The notes: generated from the letters alone by a model not told the origin. A stretch of DNA of 64,000 nucleotides from an uncultured Prevotella sp. (GCA_946183415.1 CAMHAM010000009.1:19797-83796); one strand, 5' to 3'; shown: positions 1-9,724, counted from the stretch's first letter. Made by a program: numbers and translations.

Positions 1-1036
1 GGTTCACACTGTCGAGACTGACGCCGCCACAGGTGACGAACTCCTCCTTGAAGGGTGCCCTGCCGCGAATGTTGTAAAGGTCACCACCGCTGAGCACGTT
101 TGCCAGACGGTTCATCTCCTTCTTGTTCAGCGAGCCCCAGCGCCCCTCAGCGCGCTGCCCCAGGCATCGTGTCGCCAGATAGCCCCAGAGTCGTGTCGTC
201 AGTCCGCAGGGGGCTATCGTCAGCAGCTGTTTCTGTGGGAACTTCTGTGTCATCTCCGTTAGTGCCTCCAGTGCCTCGTTATCGTGTAGCCCCGTCCAGT
301 TCACAGCTAATGGTGCCTTGTAGCCCCGATCTGCCAGATAGCGGGCAGCATAGCTCGACAGTCTGAGGATGGCGGGTCCGCTCATGCCCCAGTGGGTCAC
401 CAGCAGTGCTCCCTCAGCCTTCAGCTTCGTACCAGGTATCATCACCTGTGCCTCTTCCACCACTGTACCCATCAGGGCGTGCAGCTGTTCGTCGCCTGTC
501 TCGAAAGTGAACAGTGAGGGCACGGGTCGCTGTATCTCGTGTCCCAGTGCCTTCAGCCAGACAAGGCTCTCTTCAGTCGCTCCGCCTGTCGTTAGCGCCA
601 CGCAGTCGTAGGCCTTCAGGTCGTCCATATTCCTGACGGCTGTCTCTGTCTGTATCCTGACGCCAAGTCTTCGAGCTTCTGCGAGGAAGCAGTTGATGAT
701 GGTGGTGGAGTCTTGCGAGGCAGGGAACACACAGTGATCCTCCTGTATGGTCAGTCTCACGCCGTGTTGTTCAAACCAGTTGTAAGCATCGCGCTGCGAG
801 AAACCTTTCATCAGGCGTTTCATCAGTCGATGTCCGCGCGGATAGACTTGTTGTAGGTCCTTGACGTCCTCGAATGTGTTCGTACAGTTACAGCGCCCGC
901 CACCGCTGACGGCTACCTTCCTCAGCACGCGCTTGCCGCGCTCGAGGATGGTGACCTCCGTCTCTGGCCGCTGCGCCTTCACCGTGAGTGCCAGAAAAAA
1001 TCCTGCGGCTCCTCCGCCTACCACTGCTACCTTCAT
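1..1036 (-). CDS. HI0933/BaiN-family NAD(P)/FAD-dependent oxidoreductase (3' end runs off the window)
   Basis: Translated by hand (not in ORF track): MKVAVVGGGAAG (Rossmann), KVAVSGGGRCNCTN, LLVTHWGMSGPAIL, EEFVTCGGV; ATG overlaps the TGA of the upstream gene (ATGA at 1033-1036). Confidence 0.9.
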   Translation of the reverse strand, partial: MKVAVVGGGAAGFFLALTVKAQRPETEVTILERGKRVLRKVAVSGGGRCNCTNTFEDVKDLQQVYPRGHRLMKRLMKGFSQRDAYNWFEQHGVRLTIQEDHCVFPASQDSTTIINCFLAEARRLGVRIQTETAVRNMDDLKAYDCVALTTGGATEESLVWLKALGHEIQRPVPSLFTFETGDEQLHALMGTVVEEAQVMIPGTKLKAEGALLVTHWGMSGPAILRLSSYAARYLADRGYKAPLAVNWTGLHDNEALEALTEMTQKFPQKQLLTIAPCGLTTRLWGYLATRCLGQRAEGRWGSLNKKEMNRLANVLSGGDLYNIRGRAPFKEEFVTCGGVSLDSVN

Positions 1037-2031
1037 TGTCCGCCCAGTCTTTCGAAATAGGTTGCTACTTCATCCCATGTCTTGAAGGTGTCGCTACCGA
1101 AGTCGATGTGTGTGGCCATTCCTTTCCAGTCGGTCTCTCTGCCGATGAAGTAGTCGCCGTAGAGCAGTTCGCGTTGGTTGGTAAACACGGTGTGTCTCCA
1201 GGCAGGCACGTTCACATACTGCTCCAGCCACTTCACAGTCTCCTCGTAGTAGCTTACCTCCTGTGGTGCCTCTGCTGCGAAGAAGAGCTGATAGCTTTCC
1301 GACAGCCTGCGGATAGTCTTCTGCGACGAGCTCATCGGCTTGTCCCAGCTGTCCTTCAGTGTGTCGATACCGATATAGATGATGGGGCGCTCGCGCCCTT
1401 CCTGGCGATCGTCGATCCAGCGGATCACGGGGACGACGGCGTGCATGAAACTCTTGTCGTTCATGCGGTGCTCCCCGTGGAAGCGGATAGCCTGCGTGTA
1501 GTGTTCATGAAAGAGGTCGTAGGTGTTCACCGTCGTGTCCTCATCACCGAAGAGTCCGAAGACGCGCTGCTGCTCCTCGTTGTTCACCCCGCCAAAGCAG
1601 AGTTGTGTTGCTTCTTTATAGGCTTTCACCAGCGTCTTCGTCACCATGAAGTCCTGTTGGCCATCGGCTCTGGGGTTCGAGAAGTGCTGCTGTCCGATCA
1701 TGCCGTGCTCCTTCATTGTCTCACCCATCTCCAGAGCTGGGTTTACGAGGATGCGGTCGTAGCCGTAGAGCATCTCTGCATACATGCCGCCCATCGAGGT
1801 GCCGATGATGAGATCGGGCTTCTCCCGCTCGCAGGTGTCCTTCAGCAACTGAAGTGCTTCCTGCGGCTCTATAGGCAGGTCTGGGGCTATCACTTCTGCC
1901 TGTGGCAGCACCTCACGGATGCGTGTCACGGTGCCGCTCTGTCCCGATGATCCGAAACCGTGTACGTATAGGATTTTCTTCCCCTTCATCAACTCGGGGA
2001 ACTGCTTGATGTATTGATTTGTCTGTTCCAT
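1033..2031 (-). CDS. YqiA/YcfP-family alpha/beta esterase fused to a C-terminal NT5C/HAD-like domain
   Basis: ILYVHGFGSS, GTSMGG nucleophile elbow, LVNPAL, GEH; C-terminal LLYGDYFI..HIDFGS..W resembles 5'(3')-deoxyribonucleotidase; start moved to MEQTNQ because a -7 promoter box lies at 2036-2043. Confidence 0.75.
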   Translation of the reverse strand: MEQTNQYIKQFPELMKGKKILYVHGFGSSGQSGTVTRIREVLPQAEVIAPDLPIEPQEALQLLKDTCEREKPDLIIGTSMGGMYAEMLYGYDRILVNPALEMGETMKEHGMIGQQHFSNPRADGQQDFMVTKTLVKAYKEATQLCFGGVNNEEQQRVFGLFGDEDTTVNTYDLFHEHYTQAIRFHGEHRMNDKSFMHAVVPVIRWIDDRQEGRERPIIYIGIDTLKDSWDKPMSSSQKTIRRLSESYQLFFAAEAPQEVSYYEETVKWLEQYVNVPAWRHTVFTNQRELLYGDYFIGRETDWKGMATHIDFGSDTFKTWDEVATYFERLGGQ

Positions 2032-2035
2032 GCGG

Positions 2036-2114
2036 CAAAGATACAAATAATCGTTTTAAAAACCAAAATAAAAGCTAAATGATTTGGTAGTTACATAAAA
2101 ACTATATATTTTTG
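2036..2114. promoter_or_regulatory. Back-to-back Bacteroidota sigma-ABfr promoters
   Basis: Plus strand TTTG(2083-2086)-N20-TATTTTTG(2107-2114); minus strand TTTG(2067-2064)-N20-TATCTTTG(2043-2036). Confidence 0.75.
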
Positions 2115-2147
2115 CAGAAAAGTTTGTGTGTCGCTGTATCCTAAAAC

Positions 2148-2858
2148 ATGAAATATATCGCATTACCCTTCCATGAGCCCCGTCGCCTCTCGTTCTATCT
2201 GGCGATGGAGGAGTTCGTGGCGCGCCATACAGACGAGTCCGATGCGTTTTTCATGTGGCAGGTGGAGCCGAGTGTCATCTTCGGGCGGAATCAGGTGCTC
2301 GAGAACGAGGTGAACGTGGCCTATTGCCGTGAGCACGGCATCAGTCTCTACCGTCGGAAGAGTGGGGGAGGCTGCGTCTATGCCGATATGGATAATCTGA
2401 TGCTATCGTTCGTGACTTCCGAGGGGAACGTGAACTTCGCCTTCAATCGTTTTGTGACCATGGTACTCTTGGTGTTGCGCAAACTGGGTATCGCCGCTAC
2501 GGGCACCAGCCATAACGACATCATGATAGGCGACAGGAAGGTGTGCGGCACGGCCTGCTATCATCTTGAGGGTCGCAGCATCGTTCACAGCACCATGCTC
2601 TTCGACACGAATATGGATCACATGCTCAACGCCATCACGCCCAGCAGGGAGAAACTCGAGAAGAAGGGTATCGAGAGCGTGCGCCAGCGTATCACACTGC
2701 TGAAGGACTATACGACGCTCGACAGTGTGGAGGCGCTGAAGACACTCATCCGTGCGACGCTGTGCGAGGGCGAGCGCCTGCTCACAGCCAGTGAGGTGGC
2801 TCAGATCGAGGCCATCGAGGCCACCTATCTGAAAGAGGAATTCATCAATTTATTATAA
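2148..2858 (+). CDS. lplA: Lipoate-protein ligase A family (catalytic domain only)
   Basis: VIFGRNQ, RRKSGGGCVYAD, NDIMIGDRKVCG, HSTMLFD motifs; first gene of the gcv operon. Confidence 0.85.
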   Translation: MKYIALPFHEPRRLSFYLAMEEFVARHTDESDAFFMWQVEPSVIFGRNQVLENEVNVAYCREHGISLYRRKSGGGCVYADMDNLMLSFVTSEGNVNFAFNRFVTMVLLVLRKLGIAATGTSHNDIMIGDRKVCGTACYHLEGRSIVHSTMLFDTNMDHMLNAITPSREKLEKKGIESVRQRITLLKDYTTLDSVEALKTLIRATLCEGERLLTASEVAQIEAIEATYLKEEFINLL

Positions 2859-2867
2859 TATCAATCT

Positions 2868-4016
2868 ATGGGAATTAAACAGGAATTGCAAAACAAAGTG
2901 AAGCGGACGTGCTTGTTCGACAAGCACTTGTCGCTGGGTGCCACGATGGTCGAGTTCGGGGGCTTCGACATGCCGCTGCTCTATCAGAATGCAGGCATCG
3001 CCCCCGAGCACATGGCTGTCCGCGAGCATGTCGGATTGTTCGATGTCTCTCACATGGGTGAAGTCACGGTGAAGGGTGCCGATGCCGAGCGTTATGTGCA
3101 GCATATCTTCACCAACGATGTGGCTGGCGCCCCAGTGGGGAAGATATTCTACGGCATGATGTGCTACGAGAATGGCGGAACCGTCGACGACCTGCTGGTG
3201 TATAAGATGGGCGAGAACGATTTCTTCCTCGTGATCAATGCGGCGAACATCGATAAGGACTGGGCCTGGATGCAGCAACATGCCGAGGGCTTCGACATCG
3301 ATCTGCAGAACCGCTCCGACTACTATGGCCAGATAGCCGTCCAGGGTCCGGAGTCAGAGCACATCGTCGAGACGGTCCTTGGCATCCCTTGCGCAGAAAT
3401 GGTTTTCTATACATGTAAGACTTTCGAAAGTAATCTCACTCCACCCTCCTCACTCCTCACTCCCCAAGAAATCATCATCTCCCGCACAGGCTACACAGGC
3501 GAGGACGGCTTCGAGATCTATGCCTCGCACGAGTATATCAACGACTGTTGGGACAAACTGATTGCTGCAGGTGTGCAGGCGTGCGGACTGGGATGTCGCG
3601 ACACCCTCCGCTTCGAGGTGGGACTGCCCCTTTACGGCGATGAACTCTCTGAGGATATAACCCCCATCATGGCTGGTCTCGGCATGTTCGTCAAACTCGA
3701 TAAGGCAGAGTTCATCGGTAAGGAGGCACTCGCCAAGCAGAAGGTTGAGGGGCCTGCCAGGAAACTTGTGGGTATCGAACTTGCTGACAAGGCAATTCCT
3801 CGTCACGGTTATGAGGTGCTGAATATGGAGGGCGAACCTATCGGAGAGGTCACCACAGGCTATCGCACGCTGTCGACGGACAAGAGTGTCTGCATGGCAC
3901 TCATCGATGCGCAGTATGCCAAGCTCGACACCGAGGTACAGATCCAGATTCGCAAGAAGGTCTTCCCAGGTAAAGTCGTCAAAAAGCAGTTCTATAATAA
4001 AAGCTATAAAAAATGA
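2868..4016 (+). CDS. gcvT: Glycine cleavage system aminomethyltransferase T
   Basis: FGGFDMP, GLFDVSHMGE, SRTGYTGEDGFEI, GLGCRDTLRFEVG. Confidence 0.95.
   Translation: MGIKQELQNKVKRTCLFDKHLSLGATMVEFGGFDMPLLYQNAGIAPEHMAVREHVGLFDVSHMGEVTVKGADAERYVQHIFTNDVAGAPVGKIFYGMMCYENGGTVDDLLVYKMGENDFFLVINAANIDKDWAWMQQHAEGFDIDLQNRSDYYGQIAVQGPESEHIVETVLGIPCAEMVFYTCKTFESNLTPPSSLLTPQEIIISRTGYTGEDGFEIYASHEYINDCWDKLIAAGVQACGLGCRDTLRFEVGLPLYGDELSEDITPIMAGLGMFVKLDKAEFIGKEALAKQKVEGPARKLVGIELADKAIPRHGYEVLNMEGEPIGEVTTGYRTLSTDKSVCMALIDAQYAKLDTEVQIQIRKKVFPGKVVKKQFYNKSYKK
3435..3465 (+). repeat. Heptamer tandem repeat (CTCACTC)x~4 inside gcvT
   Basis: ctcactc caccctc ctcactc ctcactc, encoding LTPPSSLLTP. Confidence 0.75.
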
Positions 4017-4393
4017 GTAAGGTAATTGAAGGACTCTACTACTCAGAGTCACACGAATTTGTAAGAGTAGAAGGAAACGTAGGTTTCGTAGGTATCACCG
4101 ATTACGCACAGAATGCACTGGGAACGGTGGTGTATGTGGATATGCCCGATGTCGACGACGAAGTGGAGGCGGGTGAGGAGTTTGGTGCCGTTGAGAGCAC
4201 GAAGGCTGCCTCTGATCTGATCTCACCCGTCAGTGGTACAGTGATCGAAGTCAACGAAGCTCTCGACGATCAGCCCGAGCTCATCAACGAGGATGCCTTC
4301 GCCAACTGGATCATCAAGGTAGAGCTCAGCGACAAGTCCGAGCTGGATAACCTCATGGATGCCGCTGCCTATTCCAAGTTCTGCGAGAAGTAA
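4013..4393 (+). CDS. gcvH: Glycine cleavage system H protein
   Basis: VGITDYAQ, VESTKAASD with the lipoyl-lysine. Confidence 0.95.
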   Translation: MSKVIEGLYYSESHEFVRVEGNVGFVGITDYAQNALGTVVYVDMPDVDDEVEAGEEFGAVESTKAASDLISPVSGTVIEVNEALDDQPELINEDAFANWIIKVELSDKSELDNLMDAAAYSKFCEK

Positions 4394-4404
4394 AGGAGCA
4401 AGCG

Positions 4405-5721
4405 ATGAACTACAAATACTTTCCCCATACAGACGACGACTTGCAGGCGATGCTGGCGAAGGTGGGCGTGAAGGGACTCGACGAGCTCTATGCCCAGATA
4501 CCCGACGGCATCCGCTTCAAGGGCGACTACGAGTTGCCCTGGTCGTGCAGCGAGATGGAGGTGCGACAGATCTTCGAGAAACTCGGTTCTGAGAATAAAC
4601 AGCTTACTTGCTTCGCTGGCATGGGTGTCTACGACCACTATACCCCCTCGGTCGTTCCCTGTTTGCTGCAGCGCTCAGAGTTCCTCACCTCATATACCCC
4701 GTATCAGGCAGAGATCTCGCAGGGCACGCTCCACTATATCTTCGAATATCAGAGTATGATGGCCGAACTCACGGGTATGGACATCTCCAATGCCTCGATG
4801 TACGACGGTACGACCGCCTGCGCAGAGGCTATGATGATGGCTGTCGCTGCAGGTAAGAAGCAGCGCAAGGTGCTCGTATCAGGCTGTCTGAATCCCAACA
4901 CCTTCGAGGTGCTCAAGACCTATGCCCTCCATCAGGATATCTCACTCGAGGTGCTGCCCGTCAGGGATGGCACGACGAGTCTCGACGATGTGAAGGCCCG
5001 CCTCGCTGAGGGCGGTGTGGCTGGCGTCATCGTACAGCAGCCCAATCTCTATGGCATCGTCGAGGACTTCACAGGCTTTGCTGAGGCCTGTCACGAACAG
5101 AAGTCACTCTTCGTCATCGATAGTGTGGCTGCTGATCTCGCAGTGCTGAAGACGCCAGGCGAGTGGGGCGCAGACATCGCTGTGGGCGACGGCCAGTCGC
5201 TGGGCATCCCCATGCAGTGGGGCGGCCCTTACGTGGGCTATATGTGCTGCACCGAGAAGCTTATCCGCAAGATGCCAGGCCGCATCGTCGGCATGACGAA
5301 GGATGATCGTGATCAGCGCGCTTTCGTGCTCACCCTTCAGGCCCGTGAGCAGCATATCCGCCGCCAGAAGGCCACGTCGAATATCTGTAGTAACCAGAGC
5401 CTGATGGCCCTCTTCGTCACCATCTACATGTCGCTGATGGGGCGTCAGGGCTTGAAGGAGGCAGCCCAACTCTCCTACGCTGGCGCCCATTATCTCTGCG
5501 ACGAACTGTTGAAGACTGGGCGCTTCTCGCTCGTCTACGACAAACCCTTCTTCAATGAGTTCTATGTGAAGTACGATGGTGATGCCGATACGCTCTACCA
5601 GCGTTTCATCGAGGCTGGCATCCTGGGCGGTGTCCGTGTCGATGAAGGCTTCCTCTTCGCTGTCACCGAGAAACGTACGAAGGAAGAAATCGATAACCTT
5701 GTAAACATGGCAGCGATATGA
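4405..5721 (+). CDS. gcvPA: Glycine dehydrogenase (decarboxylating) subunit 1
   Basis: EFLTSYTPYQAEISQG, SNASMYDG, LQAREQHIRRQKATSNICSNQ. Confidence 0.95.
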   Translation: MNYKYFPHTDDDLQAMLAKVGVKGLDELYAQIPDGIRFKGDYELPWSCSEMEVRQIFEKLGSENKQLTCFAGMGVYDHYTPSVVPCLLQRSEFLTSYTPYQAEISQGTLHYIFEYQSMMAELTGMDISNASMYDGTTACAEAMMMAVAAGKKQRKVLVSGCLNPNTFEVLKTYALHQDISLEVLPVRDGTTSLDDVKARLAEGGVAGVIVQQPNLYGIVEDFTGFAEACHEQKSLFVIDSVAADLAVLKTPGEWGADIAVGDGQSLGIPMQWGGPYVGYMCCTEKLIRKMPGRIVGMTKDDRDQRAFVLTLQAREQHIRRQKATSNICSNQSLMALFVTIYMSLMGRQGLKEAAQLSYAGAHYLCDELLKTGRFSLVYDKPFFNEFYVKYDGDADTLYQRFIEAGILGGVRVDEGFLFAVTEKRTKEEIDNLVNMAAI

Positions 5722-7139
5722 ACAATAAGTTATATGGAAATCTGATTTTCGAACTTTCGAAGCAGGGCCGCAAGGGCTATAGTCTGCCAAGAAACAGCTT
5801 TGGTGATTACGAGGTTCCACAGGAGCTCTGCCGCAAGGAAGAGGCAGCACTGCCCGAGTGCGACGAGCTGACGGTGGTGCGCCACTATACGAACCTCTCT
5901 AATAATAACTTCGGTGTCGATACCGGCTTCTATCCCCTTGGATCGTGTACGATGAAGTACAACCCGAAGATCAACGAGGAGATGGCTGCGCTACCTCAGT
6001 TCCAGAACCTGCACCCCATGCAGCCCGAACCTACGGTGACAGGTGCTCGTGCCCTCGTCGTCCTCTTGGAGAAGTCGCTCTGTGCCCTCACGGGTCTGGC
6101 TCATTTCACCTTCAAGCCCTATGCAGGTGCCCATGGTGAGCTGACGGGCCTGATGACGATTGACAACTATCACCGTTCGCGTGGCGACATGGCCCGTAAG
6201 AAGGTGATCGTACCCGACTCAGCCCATGGTACGAACCCCGCTTCGGCAGCCGTCTGCGGACTCGAGATTATCGAGGTGAAGTCGAAGGCCGATGGTACCG
6301 TCGATGTCGAAGATCTGCAGCGCATCGTCGCTGAGCAGGGATCTGAGATTGCAGCGATGATGATGACCAATCCCAATACGCTTGGCCTCTTTGAGACGAG
6401 CATCCCCGCGATTGCGAATCTCATCCACAACTGCGGTGGCTTGATGTATTACGATGGTGCTAACTTGAACCCCATGCTCGGTGCCTGTCGCCCAGGCGAT
6501 ATGGGCTTCGACGTGATGCACATCAATCTCCACAAGACGTTCTCCACGCCTCATGGCGGTGGCGGTCCTGGCAGCGGTCCCGTCGGTGTGCGCGAGGGTC
6601 TGCAGGAGTTCTTCCCCTTCGTGTCGCCTTATCAGGGCAACTATGCGGTGATGATGCGCGCCTATGCCTATATCCTCTCGCTGGGTCGCGAGCAGTTGAG
6701 GCTGGTGGGTCCGCTCGCCACGCTCAATGCCAACTACATCAAGGAGTCACTCAAGGATGTCTATGAGCTGCCCATCGACGGCCTCTGCTGTCATGAGTTC
6801 GTGTTCGACGGCCTGAAGGATAAGTCTACGGGTGTCACCACGATGGACGTGGCCAAGCGTCTGCTCGACTACGGCTATCACGCCCCGACGATCTACTTCC
6901 CGCTGCTCTTCCACGAGAGTTTGATGATAGAGCCCACGGAGAACGAGTCGAAGGAGACGCTCGACGGCTTCATCGCTGTGATGCGCCAGATAGCTGAAGA
7001 GGCCAAGACCAATCCCGACTTCGTGAAGACGGCGCCTCACGACACCCCCATCGGCCGTGTCGACGACGTCCTCGCCGCCAAGCACCCCGTAGTCACCTAT
7101 AGACAGATGAAAAAAGATACTCTGTCTAAAGTAGGTTAA
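5718..7139 (+). CDS. gcvPB: Glycine dehydrogenase (decarboxylating) subunit 2
   Basis: YPLGSCTMKYNP, SAHGTNPASA, HINLHKTFSTPHGGGGPG (PLP lysine). Confidence 0.95.
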   Translation: MNNKLYGNLIFELSKQGRKGYSLPRNSFGDYEVPQELCRKEEAALPECDELTVVRHYTNLSNNNFGVDTGFYPLGSCTMKYNPKINEEMAALPQFQNLHPMQPEPTVTGARALVVLLEKSLCALTGLAHFTFKPYAGAHGELTGLMTIDNYHRSRGDMARKKVIVPDSAHGTNPASAAVCGLEIIEVKSKADGTVDVEDLQRIVAEQGSEIAAMMMTNPNTLGLFETSIPAIANLIHNCGGLMYYDGANLNPMLGACRPGDMGFDVMHINLHKTFSTPHGGGGPGSGPVGVREGLQEFFPFVSPYQGNYAVMMRAYAYILSLGREQLRLVGPLATLNANYIKESLKDVYELPIDGLCCHEFVFDGLKDKSTGVTTMDVAKRLLDYGYHAPTIYFPLLFHESLMIEPTENESKETLDGFIAVMRQIAEEAKTNPDFVKTAPHDTPIGRVDDVLAAKHPVVTYRQMKKDTLSKVG

Positions 7140-7165
7140 AATGTTACTATGTCTTTTAAAAAACT

Positions 7166-8479
7166 ATGTCTAAAGAAACTGATTTGATTATCATCGGCGC
7201 GGGGCCTGGAGGTTACCGCGCCGCTGAATATGCCGCCAAGCAAGGCCTGAAAGTCGTCATCTTTGAGGGTACCGATGTTGGAGGCACCTGTCTCAATGTA
7301 GGCTGCATTCCCACGAAGACCTATGTTCACTCAGCCACCTTTGCTGAGGCCCGCGAGCGCATGGCGCAGGTAGTACCCCAGCTCCGTCAGGGTGTCGAGG
7401 GCATCCTCTCGCACCCCAATATCACACTGGTTCGTGAGAAGGGTGCATTCGTAGATGCCTGTACAGTCAACGACTACACCGCCCCTCATATCATCATCGC
7501 TACAGGCTCCGAGACGAAGTGGCTCCCCATCCCAGGGACTGACGATCCCCGTGTTGTCGATTCCACAGGATTGCTCAATCTCGACACTCTCCCCAAACGC
7601 CTTGTCATCATCGGTGCAGGCGTCATCGGCATGGAGTTCGCCAGTGTGTTCCATCGCTTTGGCTCAGAAGTGACGGTGATCGAATATCTGAAGGAGTGTC
7701 TGCCCGCCCTCGATAGCGACATCGCCAAACGCTTGCGCAAGCAGATGGAGAAGGAGGGCATCACGTTCCACATGCAGTGTGGCGTCAAGCAGATAGCCGA
7801 TGGCGAAGTGTTCTTTGAGGATAAGAAAGGCAATACCCAGAGCGTTGAGGCCGACATCATCCTGATGGCCACAGGTCGCAAACCGCGAACAGCAGGTCTG
7901 AACCTCGAAGTCCTCGGTATCACCCTCGCTCCCAACGCCCCCCTCCCTGCCGATCCCACCACGTTCCTCATTCCTCATTCCTCGTTCCTCGTTCCTCGTT
8001 CCTCGCTCCTCGTTCCTCGCTCCTCGAATCTCTACTCCCTCGGTGATGTGAATGGAAGGCAGATGCTCGCCCATGCGGCAGAGATGCAGGCAGTCCGCGT
8101 CGTGAACCATATTCTCGGCAAGACGGATGCGATAGATTTCAACATCATGCCAGCCGCCATCTTCACCACCCCCGAAGCCGCTAGCGTTGGACCTACGGAG
8201 GATCAGTTGAAAGAACAATGTGTTGCCTATGTCTGCAAGAAGTCATTCTGGCGGGCTAACGGCAAGGCACTCGCCATGGGAGAGACAGAAGGCTTGCTCA
8301 AGCTCTTCGCCTCGCCCGAGGGTCTCATCCTTGGATGTCATGCCTATGGCGCTCACGCTGCCGACATCATTCAGGAAGTCTCTGTACTCATGTGCAAGCA
8401 TACCACCCTCCAGGAGCTCGCCGACATGGTTCATATCCACCCCACGCTCTCCGAGATCCTCAAGTCCGCTGCTGAGTAA
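7166..8479 (+). CDS. lpdA: Dihydrolipoamide dehydrogenase (GCS L protein)
   Basis: GAGPGG, GGTCLNVGCIPTK redox disulfide, GAGVIGME, HIHPTLSE. Confidence 0.92.
   Translation: MSKETDLIIIGAGPGGYRAAEYAAKQGLKVVIFEGTDVGGTCLNVGCIPTKTYVHSATFAEARERMAQVVPQLRQGVEGILSHPNITLVREKGAFVDACTVNDYTAPHIIIATGSETKWLPIPGTDDPRVVDSTGLLNLDTLPKRLVIIGAGVIGMEFASVFHRFGSEVTVIEYLKECLPALDSDIAKRLRKQMEKEGITFHMQCGVKQIADGEVFFEDKKGNTQSVEADIILMATGRKPRTAGLNLEVLGITLAPNAPLPADPTTFLIPHSSFLVPRSSLLVPRSSNLYSLGDVNGRQMLAHAAEMQAVRVVNHILGKTDAIDFNIMPAAIFTTPEAASVGPTEDQLKEQCVAYVCKKSFWRANGKALAMGETEGLLKLFASPEGLILGCHAYGAHAADIIQEVSVLMCKHTTLQELADMVHIHPTLSEILKSAAE
7964..8026 (+). repeat. Heptamer tandem repeat (YTCCTCR)x9, in frame inside lpdA
   Basis: ttcctca x2, ttcctcg x4, ctcctcg, ttcctcg, ctcctcg = 63 bp, encoding FLIPHSSFLVPRSSLLVPRSS. 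Confidence 0.95.
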
Positions 8480-8493
8480 TCCATTTAGGGTCG

Positions 8494-9585
8494 CTATTCC
8501 TCTGGCCACGGCTCAAATTCCAATTCAAGCTCAATCCATTGGTTTTCTTCCTGTGGAATGGCACTCTTTTGATTGGATACGCCCAAGCCTAACAGACGGA
8601 TGGGGTGGGAGTGAAATTCTACTTGTTGCATCAGTTGTTTGGCCAACGGGAGGATCTCGTCTTTGGTGCGAAGAATATGGCGGGCAGTGATGCTGCGGGT
8701 GATTTGCTGGAAATCCAGGAACTTGACTTTCAATGTCAGTGTACGACCCTCGAAGTCGTTCTTCTCGATGCGTCTGACCAGTTCGAGCACCGTATGATAC
8801 AAGTGAATAGTGACGGCGGCATTCTCACTGATATCCGATTCAAAGGTCTGCTCACAGCTGACACTCTTCCGTTCCCACTCACTGATGACTGGCCGATTGT
8901 CGATGCCTCGTGAGAAGTCATAGAACACCTGTCCCATCTTGCCGAATTCCTGTGTCAGTCGGCTCAGCGACACGTTTCTCAGGTCAAGACCCGTGAAGAT
9001 TCCCATGTGGTGCATCTTCTCAGCAGTCTTTTGGCCTATACCCCAGATTTTCTCAATCTTCAGTTGTGCGATGAAGTCCAAAGCCCTGTCAGGGTGAATC
9101 ACCGTCAGTCCGTCGGGTTTGCGCCAGTCGGAGGCAATTTTCGCCAGAAACTTGCAATAGCTTACACCTGCCGATGCCGTCAGCCCCGTCGTCTCACGGA
9201 TGCGCTGCTTGATCTCTCGCGCAATATCCACACCAAGGTCGATGCCTTTCTTATTCTCTGTCACGTCGAGGAAGGCTTCGTCGAGCGAGATTGGCTCTAT
9301 CAGGTCGGTATAGTCGAGGAATATCTCGTGCAACTGTGCCGACACCTCCTTATACTTTTGGAAATGTGGTTCCACGATGATTAGTTGCGGACACAGACGC
9401 TTGGCCACCTGTATGGACTGCGCTGAATGTACTCCGAACCGCCGTGCCTCGTAGCTGGCCGTTGAGACCACACCCCGCTCGGCATCGTGCCCTACCGCTA
9501 TCGGCTTGCCACGAAGCTCAGGATTTTCTCGCTGCTCAACAGCCGCGAAAAACTGGTCCATATCCACATGAATGACTTTCATCAT
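8494..9585 (-). CDS. dinB: DNA polymerase IV
   Basis: IHVDMDQFFAAVEQR, STASYEARRFGV, SLDEAFLD, KFLAKIASDWRKPDG. Confidence 0.95.
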   Translation of the reverse strand: MMKVIHVDMDQFFAAVEQRENPELRGKPIAVGHDAERGVVSTASYEARRFGVHSAQSIQVAKRLCPQLIIVEPHFQKYKEVSAQLHEIFLDYTDLIEPISLDEAFLDVTENKKGIDLGVDIAREIKQRIRETTGLTASAGVSYCKFLAKIASDWRKPDGLTVIHPDRALDFIAQLKIEKIWGIGQKTAEKMHHMGIFTGLDLRNVSLSRLTQEFGKMGQVFYDFSRGIDNRPVISEWERKSVSCEQTFESDISENAAVTIHLYHTVLELVRRIEKNDFEGRTLTLKVKFLDFQQITRSITARHILRTKDEILPLAKQLMQQVEFHSHPIRLLGLGVSNQKSAIPQEENQWIELELEFEPWPEE

Positions 9586-9724
9586 TTCAGTTTCAGGCGT
9601 CGTCCTACTTCTGCATGAACGGCAAAATTACAAATATTTTTTCGTTTAAACAAATTATTAGTAGAAATTTGCATCAAAGTTGCTTTCCTATACAAACACT
9701 ATTTATACTTTTGTGGCGGATTTC

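Noticed and set aside
988-1950. Long antisense ORFs in the track (also 13072-14100, 45154-46236, 49408-50475, 54904-55785 and many shorter ones)
   Set aside because: They shadow well-supported genes on the other strand, carry no motifs, and are expected from GC3-biased codon use
2046-2147. Glycine riboswitch upstream of the gcv operon
   Set aside because: The leader after the promoter is about 30 nt and has no aptamer motifs
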